Below are positions 49,080 to 61,459 of a stretch of 64,000 nucleotides of DNA, piece after piece (position 1 is the first letter of the stretch; each line of letters begins with the position of its first letter). Source of the DNA: Octopus sinensis (Eukaryota); NCBI RefSeq assembly GCF_006345805.1, contig NC_043004.1:92814001-92878000 (forward strand). Reading direction: 5' to 3'. A program made the translations under genes and the position numbers. Under the pieces are notes generated by a model. It saw only the letters and a program-made list of their open reading frames with translations, made no database searches and was not told where the DNA came from.

Positions 49080-49600
49080 GGGGAGATAGACAACAACTTG
49101 GAATTCTTGTAAGATAACCCGCTGTGGGCTATAAGTCACATGCGACTGGTGCAAGGTCTTGGCTTAGCAGAAGCTGTTGTGTTAGGGAAATGACACAATA
49201 GATAGAGTTATGAAAACTAAGAGACACTCTTGGAGAGTCTGGAAGGAAGTTGAAAGTAGAGAGCATTCTCATGGCGATAGACTGGGTCATGTGAAGCACA
49301 CAGAAAGGCATAGGAATGGCATTCGATGGAACCTCATGAGCCTGATCGAAGATTTCAATTTTGTGGACAACCTAGTGTTGCTATCATCATCCTATGAATA
49401 TATCTAAAGCAAGACACACAGACTGGCAGAGAACACTGACAGAATTAGCCTTAAACTCAACCCAGAAAAATGTAAAACACTACAGAATAAAGCCAGACAA
49501 TAAGCTCATGTAAAAATCAGCAACAACGAGGTGGAAGAGACTGAGGAATTTGTTTAACTTGAGATGACAGTCAGGGAAGCTAGGCATTAGGTATACTAAG
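49080..49600 (+). mobile_element. RTE-like RT fragment
   Basis: GIRWNLMSLIEDFNFVDNLVLLS (cf. EDLDFADDLVLLS). Confidence 0.65.
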
Positions 49601-49749
49601 CTATGAGGAAAGCAGAAAAGAATAGATTTGAACATGTTCCTCAATGTGAGGATTTGAAGCATGAACTGTTGCAGATTGCAAGATAATGTGTCGCAGAAAA
49701 CCAAGTTAGCATAAGAGAGAAGAGTGTTAGAAATGAAAACAGAGGCAGA

Positions 49750-50540
49750 TTTGTCTTCAATGTTAACGGCAAAACAGAAGCTTAGTCGTGCTTTTATGAA
49801 AGGTTGTTGAACAAGGAGAATGCATAGAATAAAGAAAGTCTAATCTCATGCTGACCCAACAGAGGAACTGGCAATTCAAGTTGACAGCAATATGATATAT
49901 AAAGCAATTATAGGTCTGAAAGTTGTTAGTCCATCAACAATTATGTCTGATGGGCTAAATAGTTAACCAGGAAATTGTCATAAGCAATGACTGGCATAGT
50001 TGTGTCATTGTAAGTTGCTAGAAGAGCAAAGGAGGGGCATTAGAGAGAGGAATTACAGAAGCATCAAATTGTTGGACCAGGCTATGAAAGTCACAGAAAG
50101 AATCATAGTACTATTAGCCTACATACGATGTAGTTTGGCTTTATGCCTGGTAGAGGTACCACAGATGCCATCTTATTAGTGAGGTAATTTCAAAAGTACT
50201 TAGCTAAGAGCAAGCTATTTTATCTAGCATAAGTTGATTTGGAGGTCTTTGAAAGGGTATCATAGCCAGTGATGCGGTGGTCATTAAAGAAACAAGATGT
50301 AGATAAATGGCTTGTGAAGGCTGCATAAACTGCATACAAATGCACAGTCAGTAAAGTGAAAGTAAGCAGTCTATCAAGGTTCAATCCTTGACTCTTCCTA
50401 TTTATCATGGTACATCACGCAGGCTATCACAAAGGAGTTTAGGACTGGCTATCCATAAGAACTTCTATATGCTGATGATCTGACTCTTTTAGATGAATCT
50501 ATAATAAATTTAGAGAAGAAATTCCAGATATGAGAGCAAA
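49750..50540 (+). mobile_element. degenerate RTE RT region
   Basis: FGFMPGRGTTDAILLVR and LLYADDLTLL segments. Confidence 0.78.
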
Positions 50541-51193
50541 AATCTAGAATCTAGAAAGGTTTATTATTATTATCATTAAGGTGTTTAGCATTAATGACAA
50601 AATGCTTAACATCATATTTTCTGACACTTTACATTCTGTGTTTGAACACTAACATGATTAGCATTGCTTTTCATCCTTTCAGGATTTGATGAAATAAGTA
50701 CCTATAGGGCATTGGGGTTGATGGAAACTGACAAACTCCCTACACTGAAAACCAAAGTTTGAAATTATAAGAAAGGTTCAGAGCTGGCAGAATTGTTAGC
50801 ATATCAGAGGAAATGCTTAACAGCATTTCAACAGCTCTTTGCATTCTGAGTTCAAATCCCATTGAAATCAACTTTGCCTTTCATCTTTTACAGGCTTGGT
50901 AAAATAATTATCAGGTGAGCAGTAGATTGATGTAATCAACTAATCATCTCCTGCTAAAAATTGCTGTCCTAGTCTCAAAATTTGAAATTATTATTATTTT
51001 TTTTTCCTTGAACACTGCACACTTGAATGAAGATTGGCTTCAATTCCATCCACATTCCTGACTTCCAGGCATTTTCTTGAGGAGTCACAAAAAATGGTGG
51101 GAATACTTTAGAAATGTCACAATGTTTAAAATGACATTGCAAGTGAGAGTTGTCAAACAGTCTCAATAGATGAAAATATGAAATGATGCTTAC

Positions 51194-51284
51194 CTGGACT
51201 TCATTTCCATAGTGGGCCATTCATCAATGTATCCTGTCATTCCTTGGAGTTGGATGGAACCAATGATTAGTCCGAAGATAAACC
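51194..51284 (-). CDS. DUF389-family paralog 2 (-), exon H (FIFGLIIGSIQLQGMTGYIDEWPTMEMKS)
   Basis: catctag|GG, AG|gtaagc, 91 nt, phase 1-2. Confidence 0.9.
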
Positions 51285-51864
51285 CTAGATGAAAATATAT
51301 ATACATGTGTATGTGTGTGTATGCATATATATCTTTTTATCTTTTACTTGTTTCAGTTATTAGACTGCAGCCATCATGGGGACTGCCTTGAATAGTTTTT
51401 GGCCAAATAAAGTATGCCAGCACTTGCACTTTTAAAGCTTGGTACTTATTCTATTAAACTCTTTTGCCATATGGCTAAGACAGAGGGATTTAAACACACC
51501 AACACTGCTTGTCAAGTGGCTGTGAGGGACAAATACAAACACAAAGAGACACGCACACACATGGATGCATGCACACACACACACACATTCACACACTTAG
51601 AGAACTTGATTTAATGAATGCTTGCTAGTGAGTAAATCCCATCAAAAGTACCTGTGGTTCAGGTAGTGATGTAAGACAGGGAGATGTCTTTATTGTTACA
51701 CATGCATCATATCATACTTGATACTCATTTCTCTTCAGACTCTCCTCTGATATTCCACATCAAACATCAATATCTCACAATCATGTAGAATCACACTTCT
51801 TCTACATGTTTCACAAAGTCTGTACATATCCAACTCGAAAAATGAAAGAAAGTATCCAACTGAC

Positions 51865-51970
51865 CACAGATAATGCACAATGCAAGACCAATTGATTCCG
51901 ATCTCAGACCAAGATTTCGTAAAGAATAATTTTGGATCACAATACCAAAAGTCCCTGCCAGTATTGGGCC
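51865..51970 (-). CDS. DUF389-family paralog 2 (-), exon G (GPILAGTFGIVIQNYSLRNLGLRSESIGLALCIIC)
   Basis: tgtcag|GGC, G|gtcagt, 106 nt, phase 0-1. Confidence 0.92.
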
Positions 51971-53513
51971 CTGACAAAAGAACAGGAGAAAAACAATTTT
52001 AAAATACACATAAAACTACAATACACAAAGCATAAAGGTAGAAAAGTCTAGCAAATACAAGAATTAAGTAGAACCTGCACACAGAGTCTTTTCATCCAAC
52101 ACTCAGTGTGAATTTGCATCACATCTCTCTTTCTCTCTCCACATAAATCAGCTCATACCCAGCTGCTCTCTCTAACTATTTTGTGCTCTGCTTTCTATGC
52201 AAATTAGCATTAGACATTCATGAGATTCTGCTTGTCTCCTTTCTCTCCAGGTTTTTCTTTGACAGACCATTGGATACATAGGGATGGCTTGCTTGATAAC
52301 TGACCAGTGGTTGTAATACAACAGAAGCTAACTAGTAGCAGGAACTTACACCCCATCACTCAGCTACAGAATTCAATGACTACTACAACCTATTGTCATT
52401 GCTGCCGCTATTGTTAAACAGACACGAACAAACTGATTCTCTCTCTTTTTTTCTGTTGTTGTTGCAATGACAATGCTTTTTTAGCTAAGAATTAAATACT
52501 TTTATATTTGGACTTCATGCAGATTTTTCTTCTGTCAACCAACCAAATATTTTGTCATTATACATCTATATATATGTATATATATATATGTATATTTTGT
52601 CATTATACATCTATCACTGCCATTTTTACATTTTCATTTTCGTTATAAATGTTTAGTGAGAATAGTGAAGGTGGTGCCTTATGACTTTTGTCCATTCTCA
52701 AGGCCTCCAAGATTGGTAAGAAAGTTATTCTTACACTGACGATCTGACCAAGAGCGATTGTAACACAAATGACCTCCACTAATGGCACCCAAAGGTCATT
52801 TGGTAATTTTAAACTGGAGGATAGATTACTATATTTGATGGCATATAAAATGCACATTTTTATCAAAAAAAGTCTCAAAAAAATATCACCCTACATCCTA
52901 TATGTGAAGTTGTGGCTATATTACATACTTTGATGCACTAAAAACTTATTTTCCTGAATATGCTAAAACCTGGGATCATCTAATATGCATCTTTTATACA
53001 CTCAGATATGACAGGTCTACCACCTAAAATCTGAACTCTAACTAAGTGAAAGGTCATTTTATGCGATATGTAAATTTTTGAAAAAGTATCTTATTATTTC
53101 TAGCTACAAATATTGCAAAGCATCCAATTATATATGTGATAAGCTTGCAACCATAACATAAAGTTAACATCAGTTTTTGATTAATCATAGAACTGATAAA
53201 CTTATTTTTTGTGATATCTATCTTATCTTACTGTGATGATATGGAATTTTTGATATATCTACTGTTGAAGACATTCGAATTTTTCTTTACAAATTTTAAT
53301 GTCACATAAAACGGCCTTTTAGTCCTGCTTTCTTGACCATAACATGTGAATTTAAAATCTTTCAACAGCTGCAAACAAAATAAAGTTAGGATGGACAAAG
53401 TGAGAACCATCAATTAAATGCTTCAATATTTGGGTATTACTGTGTTATTATAATAATAACTGCGATGTACTCACATAGCAAGTGATTTGATCTGAGATCA
53501 TGTGCTGAAACGA

Positions 53514-53800
53514 AAACAATTGCAGTGTGGAAGGTGTTTGTAAGCCATTTAAGAAACACACAAAAGCCGTTCGATTCACTTCAACATTTAAGTTTAATTT
53601 GTCAAAATATTTTCGTCGCTAAAATCCGCGACCTGTTCACTGACAAGAATCCAGATGCAGCACAGATTTTGTCAGTAAACAGGTCTCGGATTTTAGCGAT
53701 GAAAATATTTTGGCAAATTAAACTTAAATGTTGAAGTAATTGAACGGCTTTTGTGTGTTTCTTAAATGGCTTACAAACACCTTCCACGCTGCAATTGTTT
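53514..53800. mobile_element. palindromic MITE-like foldback (287 bp; ~135-bp arms, ~13-nt loop)
   Basis: AAACAATTGCAGTGTGGAAGG... vs ...CCTTCCACGCTGCAATTGTTT; near-identical ORFs called on opposite strands. Confidence 0.9.
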
Positions 53801-53880
53801 ATAATAATAACTACAGATATTTTATTTTAGTAAACCTAACAAGCTGTTCAAATATCAGTTATATATCAAGGTTTACTTAC

Positions 53881-53956
53881 CATCAATGGTGATATCAACA
53901 TACTGGCTACTAAAACAACTGAACTGTTTTCTACCAAACCAATAACAGAAATCATA
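53881..53956 (-). CDS. DUF389-family paralog 2 (-), exon F (MISVIGLVENSSVVLVASMLISPLM)
   Basis: cttgcag|T, ATG|gtaagt, 76 nt, phase 2-0; ASMLISPLMGP signature continues into exon G. Confidence 0.93.
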
Positions 53957-55169
53957 CTGCAAGAATGGAAACAGAAATAACTTAAACTCTTTAGTTGAAC
54001 TTATTTGGCAAGAGAAATAATGAGATTCTCTGTTCAAACTAAAAAAAATTGCCTTTAGTTGAATCATATCAACTATTGAAAATACATGGTTTCCCATGTT
54101 CTTATAAATTGCCTGATCACTAAATGTTTTGTCTATTCAAAATCTTTATCTTCTCAGGGATTTAAAAGTTAGCTTTTCTGAAGAGGTTTAACAAGACTGA
54201 AACATACTAAGAGTTGTCATTGTGCATGCAAAAATAAATCACACTTTCCCATTCAATGCCCCTTTACCATTCAATATTTAAACAATTTGAATTTCAGAGT
54301 TGTCTTGCTTGCCTTTCTTGAAGAGACTTATCAGTAGCACTAATTTTGTTGTTCGTTTTAATTGATTAAACACTTTATGGTTCATTATATTAATGTCATT
54401 AGTCTGTGCTTAACTATAGGCTCTCTGTATAGAAGGTATCACTAAGAGGTTTTCAAACAACAAAAATAACAATCTATATATATAGAGAGAGAAGTGAAGA
54501 TGTGCTACACATCTCATTTCATTTCATCCCAAAATGAGGTAAATCTATAGTAAAGTACTCAATAAAAAGACACTGACCCCTATCCCTCTTTCATATTTTT
54601 TAACTTCTCATCACCTGTCACAAAGACACATCACTCAATACAACTCCCCCTCTCAGTTGAGAGACCTTTGTCCTGCAAAATATTCGGTAATGTCACCAAA
54701 GTTGCACGTAAAAAGCACCCAATACAGTCTGTAAAGTGGTTGATGTTAAGAAGAGCATCTAGCCATAGAAACCATGCCAATGCTGACAGTATAGCTTGGC
54801 ACAGTCATCTGGCTTGCTAGTTCCTGCCAAACCATCCATGCCAGCATGGAAAACGGATGTTTATACCCTTCTTACATAACAAGCAGGACCATCGCCCTGA
54901 AGGGACTTGTGATTTGCTAGATATTGGCTAAATTAACTCTGAGGTCTTCAGATTCCAGGCTTTGTTTCCACACCTGAAATTTCTTCTCTAGATCAGGTAC
55001 TGATTCAGCTCTAAGAACAAGAGTAGTCAGTCTTGAATTCCTCTCTTATGAACTGGAGGACTATGGTAAACAAGAGGGGGATTCAAACTGATCCTTGGGG
55101 AACACCTACATATACACAAAATTCATAGCTATACTCAGTGCCAACCTTGTCTTCATATCCTTAATTACT

Positions 55170-55750
55170 TTATCTAATAAGCTATTGTGAATTTAGATAA
55201 TTGATTCCTCAGTTGGGTCTCCAATAGGCAAATTCTCCTTCTCTCATGCATTCTCTACATTTAGCAGCGTTTCATAAATATATTTCCAAGCCTCTTTTCA
55301 GAATCACTAACTGCAAGTGAACCATCATCCATGGAGACACACTTCTCTCCTTCAACATTATGATTTTCTTTTACACATTGTCTCGAAATCCCAAACACTT
55401 CAAGCCTCTGATCCTCACACCATAGAACATTGCAAACTTCTTCCTTTCTGCATTTTCCCTGTCTAAATATACCTGTCTCCTAGCCTCCCTTCTGGCTATT
55501 TGACATAGTTCCCTGCTACACCCATACTTCCAGTCCTTCCAGGTCTGTTCCTTCACTTTAATGGACCTGTCAACTACACTGTTCCACCACTATGTCACCT
55601 TAGGTCAAGAAGGGAATTTGCACCAGCCACAAATTTGGTCAAATGCCCCCAGCAAAGTGTCCTATTGGAACCTCCAGTTGACTTACACATTATACATCAT
55701 TATATCCTCCTCTTTTTCATCAACTGCTTCAAGTAACATATCTCTAAATC
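55170..55750 (-). mobile_element. RTE ORF2 fragment (APE-RT linker)
   Basis: WKDWKYGCSRELCQIARREARRQVY, homologous to ~18300-18660. Confidence 0.75.
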
Positions 55751-55931
55751 TCTGACCATTCAGAGGATCTTTATGCTTCCAGACTATTCTTATATGTATA
55801 TACCATAGTTTCTTTGTTGTACCTCTTATGTCTTGATTACTGATATTCTACTTAGAAGTCAGTTGAGGAACTACAAGGATTTACACAACTAGTGATTGAG
55901 GTGTACTTATTTCTCTTTTGCATATACTAAC

Positions 55932-55999
55932 CTTGCTAAAATTATGAGCATACAATAGTCAAATGTAAAAACAGCACCAGTATGGACGGAATCTACCAC
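55932..55999 (-). CDS. DUF389-family paralog 2 (-), exon E (VVDSVHTGAVFTFDYCMLIILA)
   Basis: cttccag|GTG, AG|gttagt, 68 nt, phase 0-2. Confidence 0.9.
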
Positions 56000-56149
56000 C
56001 TGGAAGAAAACAGAAATTTTGAACATGATGACAACGACAATGACGATGATGATGATGACAACAACAACAATGATGATAATAATTTTTCATTTATTAACCA
56101 CTGAGGGTTCATTTAAAAAACTGGAGATGGTACAGGACAATAAAATACA

Positions 56150-57370
56150 AATAGAGTGGGATTGAAGCATGTAAATACAGAATAACAAAGAAAATTACAA
56201 CAATCAAAATACCCAAAAGAGGGGAACTTCCAAGAGCAGCGCTTGTAGAAACCATGAGCTGTTGGCAGAGAGCATGTTACCTTGTGCAACAGTAATTGTA
56301 GTGAATCATGTAAATACTTCTTTCCCCCCAGCTTTGCTAAATTCTATATCCAACACTAGGATATAAAACTTTCAGAGACAGCTTTCTCTTGACCCATTTC
56401 TGGGTGGGTTTGACTACCCTGCTCATAACCTCATTCTTCTTCACCTAGAGATTCAGACCAAACCAGACCCCAAGCAATTTAACCAGTTCTACTATCCAGC
56501 ATTTCATGACATTGTTGGATTGCATGAACCTGCCTCTCCAGGTACCAAGCTGCAGGCCCATTGACATTTTTCTTCTGTCTCTGCCTCGTATTCTTTTAGA
56601 GCAGTGTTGACCAGGACTATGTATCTGATGTTTGACATTATCACAGTGACATTATCTGCATATGCTGAGACAGTTATCCCATGTCCTAGTTCACATGGAA
56701 TGCCTTTCAATGCTTCCCATTTCTATAGTAGTGGCTCTAGAGCCAGTACATTCAGAAGAGATGAGAGGAGATATCTTTGATGGACCAAACACCATTCACC
56801 TGAAATCCATGCTGCATTCTCTGTTGGTCAAAGTGCTGCTGAAATGCCACACACATCTGCTCGAGCTCAAGTACCGTGTGCCCATTTTGGTCCACCGAAG
56901 ACCGAATTGTGGCTTTGCTGCCACACTGCAACTTTGCCAGTCGAGCCCACAGAGTGGCCTTTATTTCTTCTTGTCTTAAAGGACACACCTTAGCCCTGAT
57001 AATGCAACTTTTGTGTTTAGCTTTGAAGAATTGGTCCAGTGCCAATCTTGCAGCCAGCTTATCGGTTGCAACACCTTTCCCAAGCACATCTTTTAAGTTT
57101 CTAAGTTCCCTTCTACTTTATTTCTATCTATTACTAAAGTCTTACGAAGACTAACTGATTCTACTCTAACTGTCCTTTTCCCGGCAAACCACCATTTGTT
57201 GTTGATGATTCCCAGCCCCCCTCCCCCGTTCCCCATCAGTGCCCGCTTAACTAATTCTCTAATCCAATCTCTGTAAGCTTGAAACACCAGGAATGTCGTG
57301 ATCAGCTTCCAGTAATTGGGTCCTTGCCTTCTAAGTCGCTCTAGGTCAACTGTACTGATCACAAATTTGT
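56150..57370 (-). mobile_element. L1/Tx1-like LINE ORF2 relic
   Basis: ITVSAYADNVTVIM RT motif; upstream linker ORF 56752-57087. Confidence 0.65.
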
Positions 57371-57486
57371 AGTCCGTGAGTTTGAAAAGCTGTTAAACAT
57401 TTTGCCCAGCATGCTAATGATTCTGCCAACCCACTGCCTTACCCACTCTTTTGTAATAACAATAATAAAACACTGTAGGGACTGAC

Positions 57487-57550
57487 CTGTGCCACAACTA
57501 GACGGGACTTCACAGATTTCTTGAAATTGCTTTCATTTTCTTTCTTTATA
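57487..57550 (-). CDS. DUF389-family paralog 2 (-), exon D (IKKENESNFKKSVKSRLVVAQ)
   Basis: gttgcag|T, CAG|gtcagt, 64 nt, phase 2-0. Confidence 0.88.
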
Positions 57551-58727
57551 CTGCAACAACAACAATAATAAAATTTCCTCAGAAGGTATATGGTTACAAG
57601 TTTATAGAGATGAGAATATTGTTGATTGAACTGAACTCAATATATAACTGGTACTTGCAATATCAAGCTCAGCTCCCAAGGAGATGAAATGCAAATCTAA
57701 CCACTTGAGGCATCATTAATCTTTCATCTAGCATAAACCCACCTTTCTCTGCAGTAACCCCACACTGATGAAGGGGACTGTAGTCTTGTGAGTTGCACAG
57801 TGATGTCATTAGTGGTGGTTCCTTGAAAAAAAATGACAACTAATACAGTCCGTAAAGTGGTTGGCATTGGGTAGGGCATCTAGCCATGGAAACCATGCCA
57901 AAATAGACAAAGGAGCCCAATGCAGTCCTCAAACCTGTCAGAGCCTCCAGGAACTGTCCAACCCATTGCCACCCTGAAAGATGGGCATTAAAGGAAGATG
58001 ATGATGATAATGGTGATGCATATTCAGTAGTTTGAAAGTGAGACCTTTTTGACTACTTCAAGCACATTAAAGATTATTCGGTTTCAGACAAGGGATATAG
58101 TTGATTACATTAGACTTGTTATCACATATATGAAATGGTGCTGCTACTACACACACTAGCATCCATGACAACATCCAAAAGAAGTTCATTCAGCTAATTG
58201 TCAAAAAAAATCCCTCACTAATATGCTACAACTACTAGCACACATGTAAAATGTTTATTCTCACAGTCTGTTGTACTGCTACTACATCAGCCTCTGCTCC
58301 ACTGAACCAGCAAGTTCCACCCTGTTAGAACATTTTCTCCTCTCCTTCATGTTATCCTTACTATATCCCACATCTCAAAACAGAACAAAACACTTTGCTG
58401 AGTCTTGTCTACTCAGAACCCAGTCTTAGAGGGCCCGCAAAGGCCATGGGTAGAGCTTTTTCTTCCTATTATTTCTTTTCCTAGCCATTTTTCTTTTCTT
58501 TTTTTTGTCTCTAGACATCACTCAACAAATATTCTAACTGCAGTGTGGGAGAGCTAAAATGGCACGAGCATTTCTCTCACTCCTGCTCTGACTTAGAATA
58601 AAAAAATAAATGAAATAAGGAAAGGTGAAAAAAGAAAAATATGATAAAAATTGATAAAGAGAAAAATAAGAAATGAGAGAAAATGGAGAATAAAGAATTC
58701 CGTGATAATGTGATAATATATACATAC

Positions 58728-58793
58728 CTGTTACTTTCCTCTTTAGAATTTTTTGGGTCAAAAGTCTCAACATGTATTGATGCTGGGAAAACA
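58728..58793 (-). CDS. DUF389-family paralog 2 (-), exon C (VFPASIHVETFDPKNSKEESN)
   Basis: tacccag|T, AG|gtatgt, 66 nt, phase 2-2. Confidence 0.85.
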
Positions 58794-59305
58794 CTGGGTA
58801 TGGTGCAAATAGAAAAATTATATATAACAAAAGCATAGACAGAAAAAAAAAAAATTGATACAGAATTTTTGTAGAGAAAAACAGTGGAGAGAAAATCGAT
58901 GAAACAAAAATAACACAAAATATATGCAAAGAAAAAGATACTAGAAAAATACAGGGAAAAATAATAGAAAAATGTAAAGAAAGGTGATATATAAATTTTT
59001 TAAAATTAGAAAGGGAAAACAGAGAAAATAATGATCACTATCATGCAAGATGGATTTGTTATGATGTAAGTTTGAATATCAGTGAAATAGGGATATTATA
59101 TACCCTGCTAAATGGCACATGAATTAAGAACCTATCTAACCAGGTCCTAACACAATTTTCAGTCAACAACCTTAAGAGAGAAGTGATTGGCTGGACAAAC
59201 TAAATATTTGTATCTGGTCCATGTTAGTCAAAACTTAGGATTGCTTTGGATGACAAACATAATGAAATTTCAGAAAGGTCAATGAAATGTTTAATTTGTA
59301 CTGAC

Positions 59306-59406
59306 CTGATGGAAGAATCTTTGAGTTTCTGACCAATTCCAATTGCCATTAGTCTCTTCAATATGTATTCAATTCTGGCAGGAGCACCACAATCAATAAA
59401 TGTAAT
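59306..59406 (-). CDS. DUF389-family paralog 2 (-), exon B (ITFIDCGAPARIEYILKRLMAIGIGQKLKDSSI)
   Basis: aatttag|ATT, AG|gtcagt, 101 nt, phase 0-2. Confidence 0.85.
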
Positions 59407-59899
59407 CTAAATTGAAATTTCAGAACATCATAAAGGATTGCTTCACCTTTAAACACACACACACACACACACACACATGCATGTAATCATTATTCATCAT
59501 TACATGAGGCAACAAAGGAGTTCCTATGTGCTTGTGAGATTGGCTAGAGGTAGCAGTCACACCTCTATATATTTTCACTCTGCCATCTAAAGAAAAGTAA
59601 AGATTAAATTATGTAGTGTTATATGTGTCTGAATATTAAAATAAAAAAAAGACAGCACAGTTATGACTGGAATGAGTTCCTTCATAGATCTGCTGGTTAA
59701 CATTGTTATACGTTGAACAACATAACAGCATTATACACACACACACACACACACACAATTTATATTATATATTGTGTGTATATGTATGCGTGTGTGTTTA
59801 GAGGGAGATATTATCCAGACGGATTCCATAGAAGCTCTCAGTTATGTTCCAGGTTATGGCTTACCACATTGATTAGTACTTAACACACAAAGCATTCCC

Positions 59900-60300
59900 T
59901 TCCAATATTAAACAGGTCTATTTACCTGACAGAAAGAAAGGCTTATCTGTTTCTTGCTTACAACTTTGGTCTTCACTAGATTAATGGCTTTGATTTCAGG
60001 TTTTGCATCCACACCTAGAATTTCTTTTCCAGTTTTGCTATAAGAGTGAGATCATCAGCATATATTAGTTTCAAAGGGTAGCCAGTCTTAAATTTGTTAT
60101 GGCCTGGGGAAATATGATGAATAAAATGGAACAGAGAACTGAGCCCTGGTGAACTCCTACTTGTACACTGAATTCATCATTGTACATATGACTGGCTCTC
60201 ACCTTACTAACAGCATCCCGATACATGACTTGTACAGCTCTAATAAGCAATTTGCTTGGAAACTATCTTCTTTTAAATGATTGTTACTGACAATACATTG
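59900..60300 (-). mobile_element. RTE RT fragment
   Basis: Reverse strand VGVHQGSVLCSILFII and YADDLTL motifs. Confidence 0.72.
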
Positions 60301-60327
60301 CTAATATGATATCAAAAAGATACTAAC

Positions 60328-60399
60328 TTGCTTATAAGCATCAGAATCTGTCCAGATATCGTTTTTTACTGAAGATTCTTCCAGAATATCCTTCACCAT
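60328..60399 (-). CDS. DUF389-family paralog 2 (-), exon A (MVKDILEESSVKNDIWTDSDAYKQ), most 5' exon found
   Basis: ttttacag|ATG, CAA|gttagt, 72 nt, phase 0-0; preceded by an acceptor, so upstream exon(s) are likely. Confidence 0.8.
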
Positions 60400-61393
60400 C
60401 TGTAAAAATAAACAAAAAACATTATTATATATAAATTTAAACATTACAATAATAACAGGAAAAATGGGAAGAAAATTGAAAGGCACAGAATGCCAATGGA
60501 ATATTATTTATGACAATGTGGTGAAGGAGTTAATTTTGCAACCACATGGTTCTGGATTTCATTGAAATGAATGACAATTTGGAATAGCTTTAGGTTTATA
60601 AACAACTTATGAAAGAAATTTGATAGAGAACGTGTTAGCTGTATGCATATACATTGACAATATATATGTTATGTATAATAATATATACTAATGGGACCTA
60701 GGAAAATTCCACGGAATGGAAAAAATTAAGTGGACCTATTTAAGAAAGAAAGGATGATTTGCATTTTTATAGTGTTCAAAGTTTAGCTTCCTTTAAATAT
60801 TCTTTTCTTTACATCACTATCGAGGTTGGTTTTTTTTTTTTTTCATTTTATAATATTTTCTCGCTATTCCTCTCTGATCCATGCACTATATTTGCAATCC
60901 TTTCTCAGGCAGCTTGCAACCGTGTTTCTTGTGAATCCGGACTTTAGGCTAACTTAACCCTTATCATGCACTCAGTACACACACTCTATCATGCATTCGG
61001 TACATTATGGATTTTTCTGGCTAATATATGTAGATTTGTATCGCAGACTCCTCAGTATATCATGCATTTCTGCGGCCAATTTATATTTTTTTAGATTTTA
61101 ATTATTTCTGTGGGAGGTTTTGTAATGTAGCACCCGCGATAGTCTTAATGCGGTAAGAAGTGCACAATACATATATTCGGTGAGAAGGGAGATAACCACC
61201 TTATGAGCATCTCTAGGGTCACTAGACTAGTTATGCCTATTAGTTGTAGGCTAGTCAGTAGTGAATACTCAAAATCAGGTTGTCAGTATATATATTTTTA
61301 CCATAAAAATTTATGGATGATTTAGGGAAATGCTAAAGCATATATATATATAATATATATACACACACACAAATGTATACAAATATATATATA

Positions 61394-61455
<62 letters not shown>

Positions 61456-61459
<4 letters not shown>

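Noticed and set aside
52603-52878. Hydrophobic ORF as an extra DUF389 exon
   Set aside because: Exons F and G join in frame across the conserved SPLM|GP motif, leaving no room for it, and it lacks convincing splice sites.
57765-57810. Third hammerhead (CTGATGAAGGGG)
   Set aside because: No closing stem II followed by GAAA and a cleavage triplet is visible downstream.
58534-58596. Exon candidate SQSRSERNARAILALPHCS
   Set aside because: It reaches a stop without a donor; exon D at 57487-57550 fits the phase and the family motif (KSRL..AQ).
60397-60399. ATG as the definite start codon of paralog 2
   Set aside because: It directly follows a good splice acceptor, so upstream coding exons may exist. 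I found none in 60400-64000, so the 5' end is unresolved.
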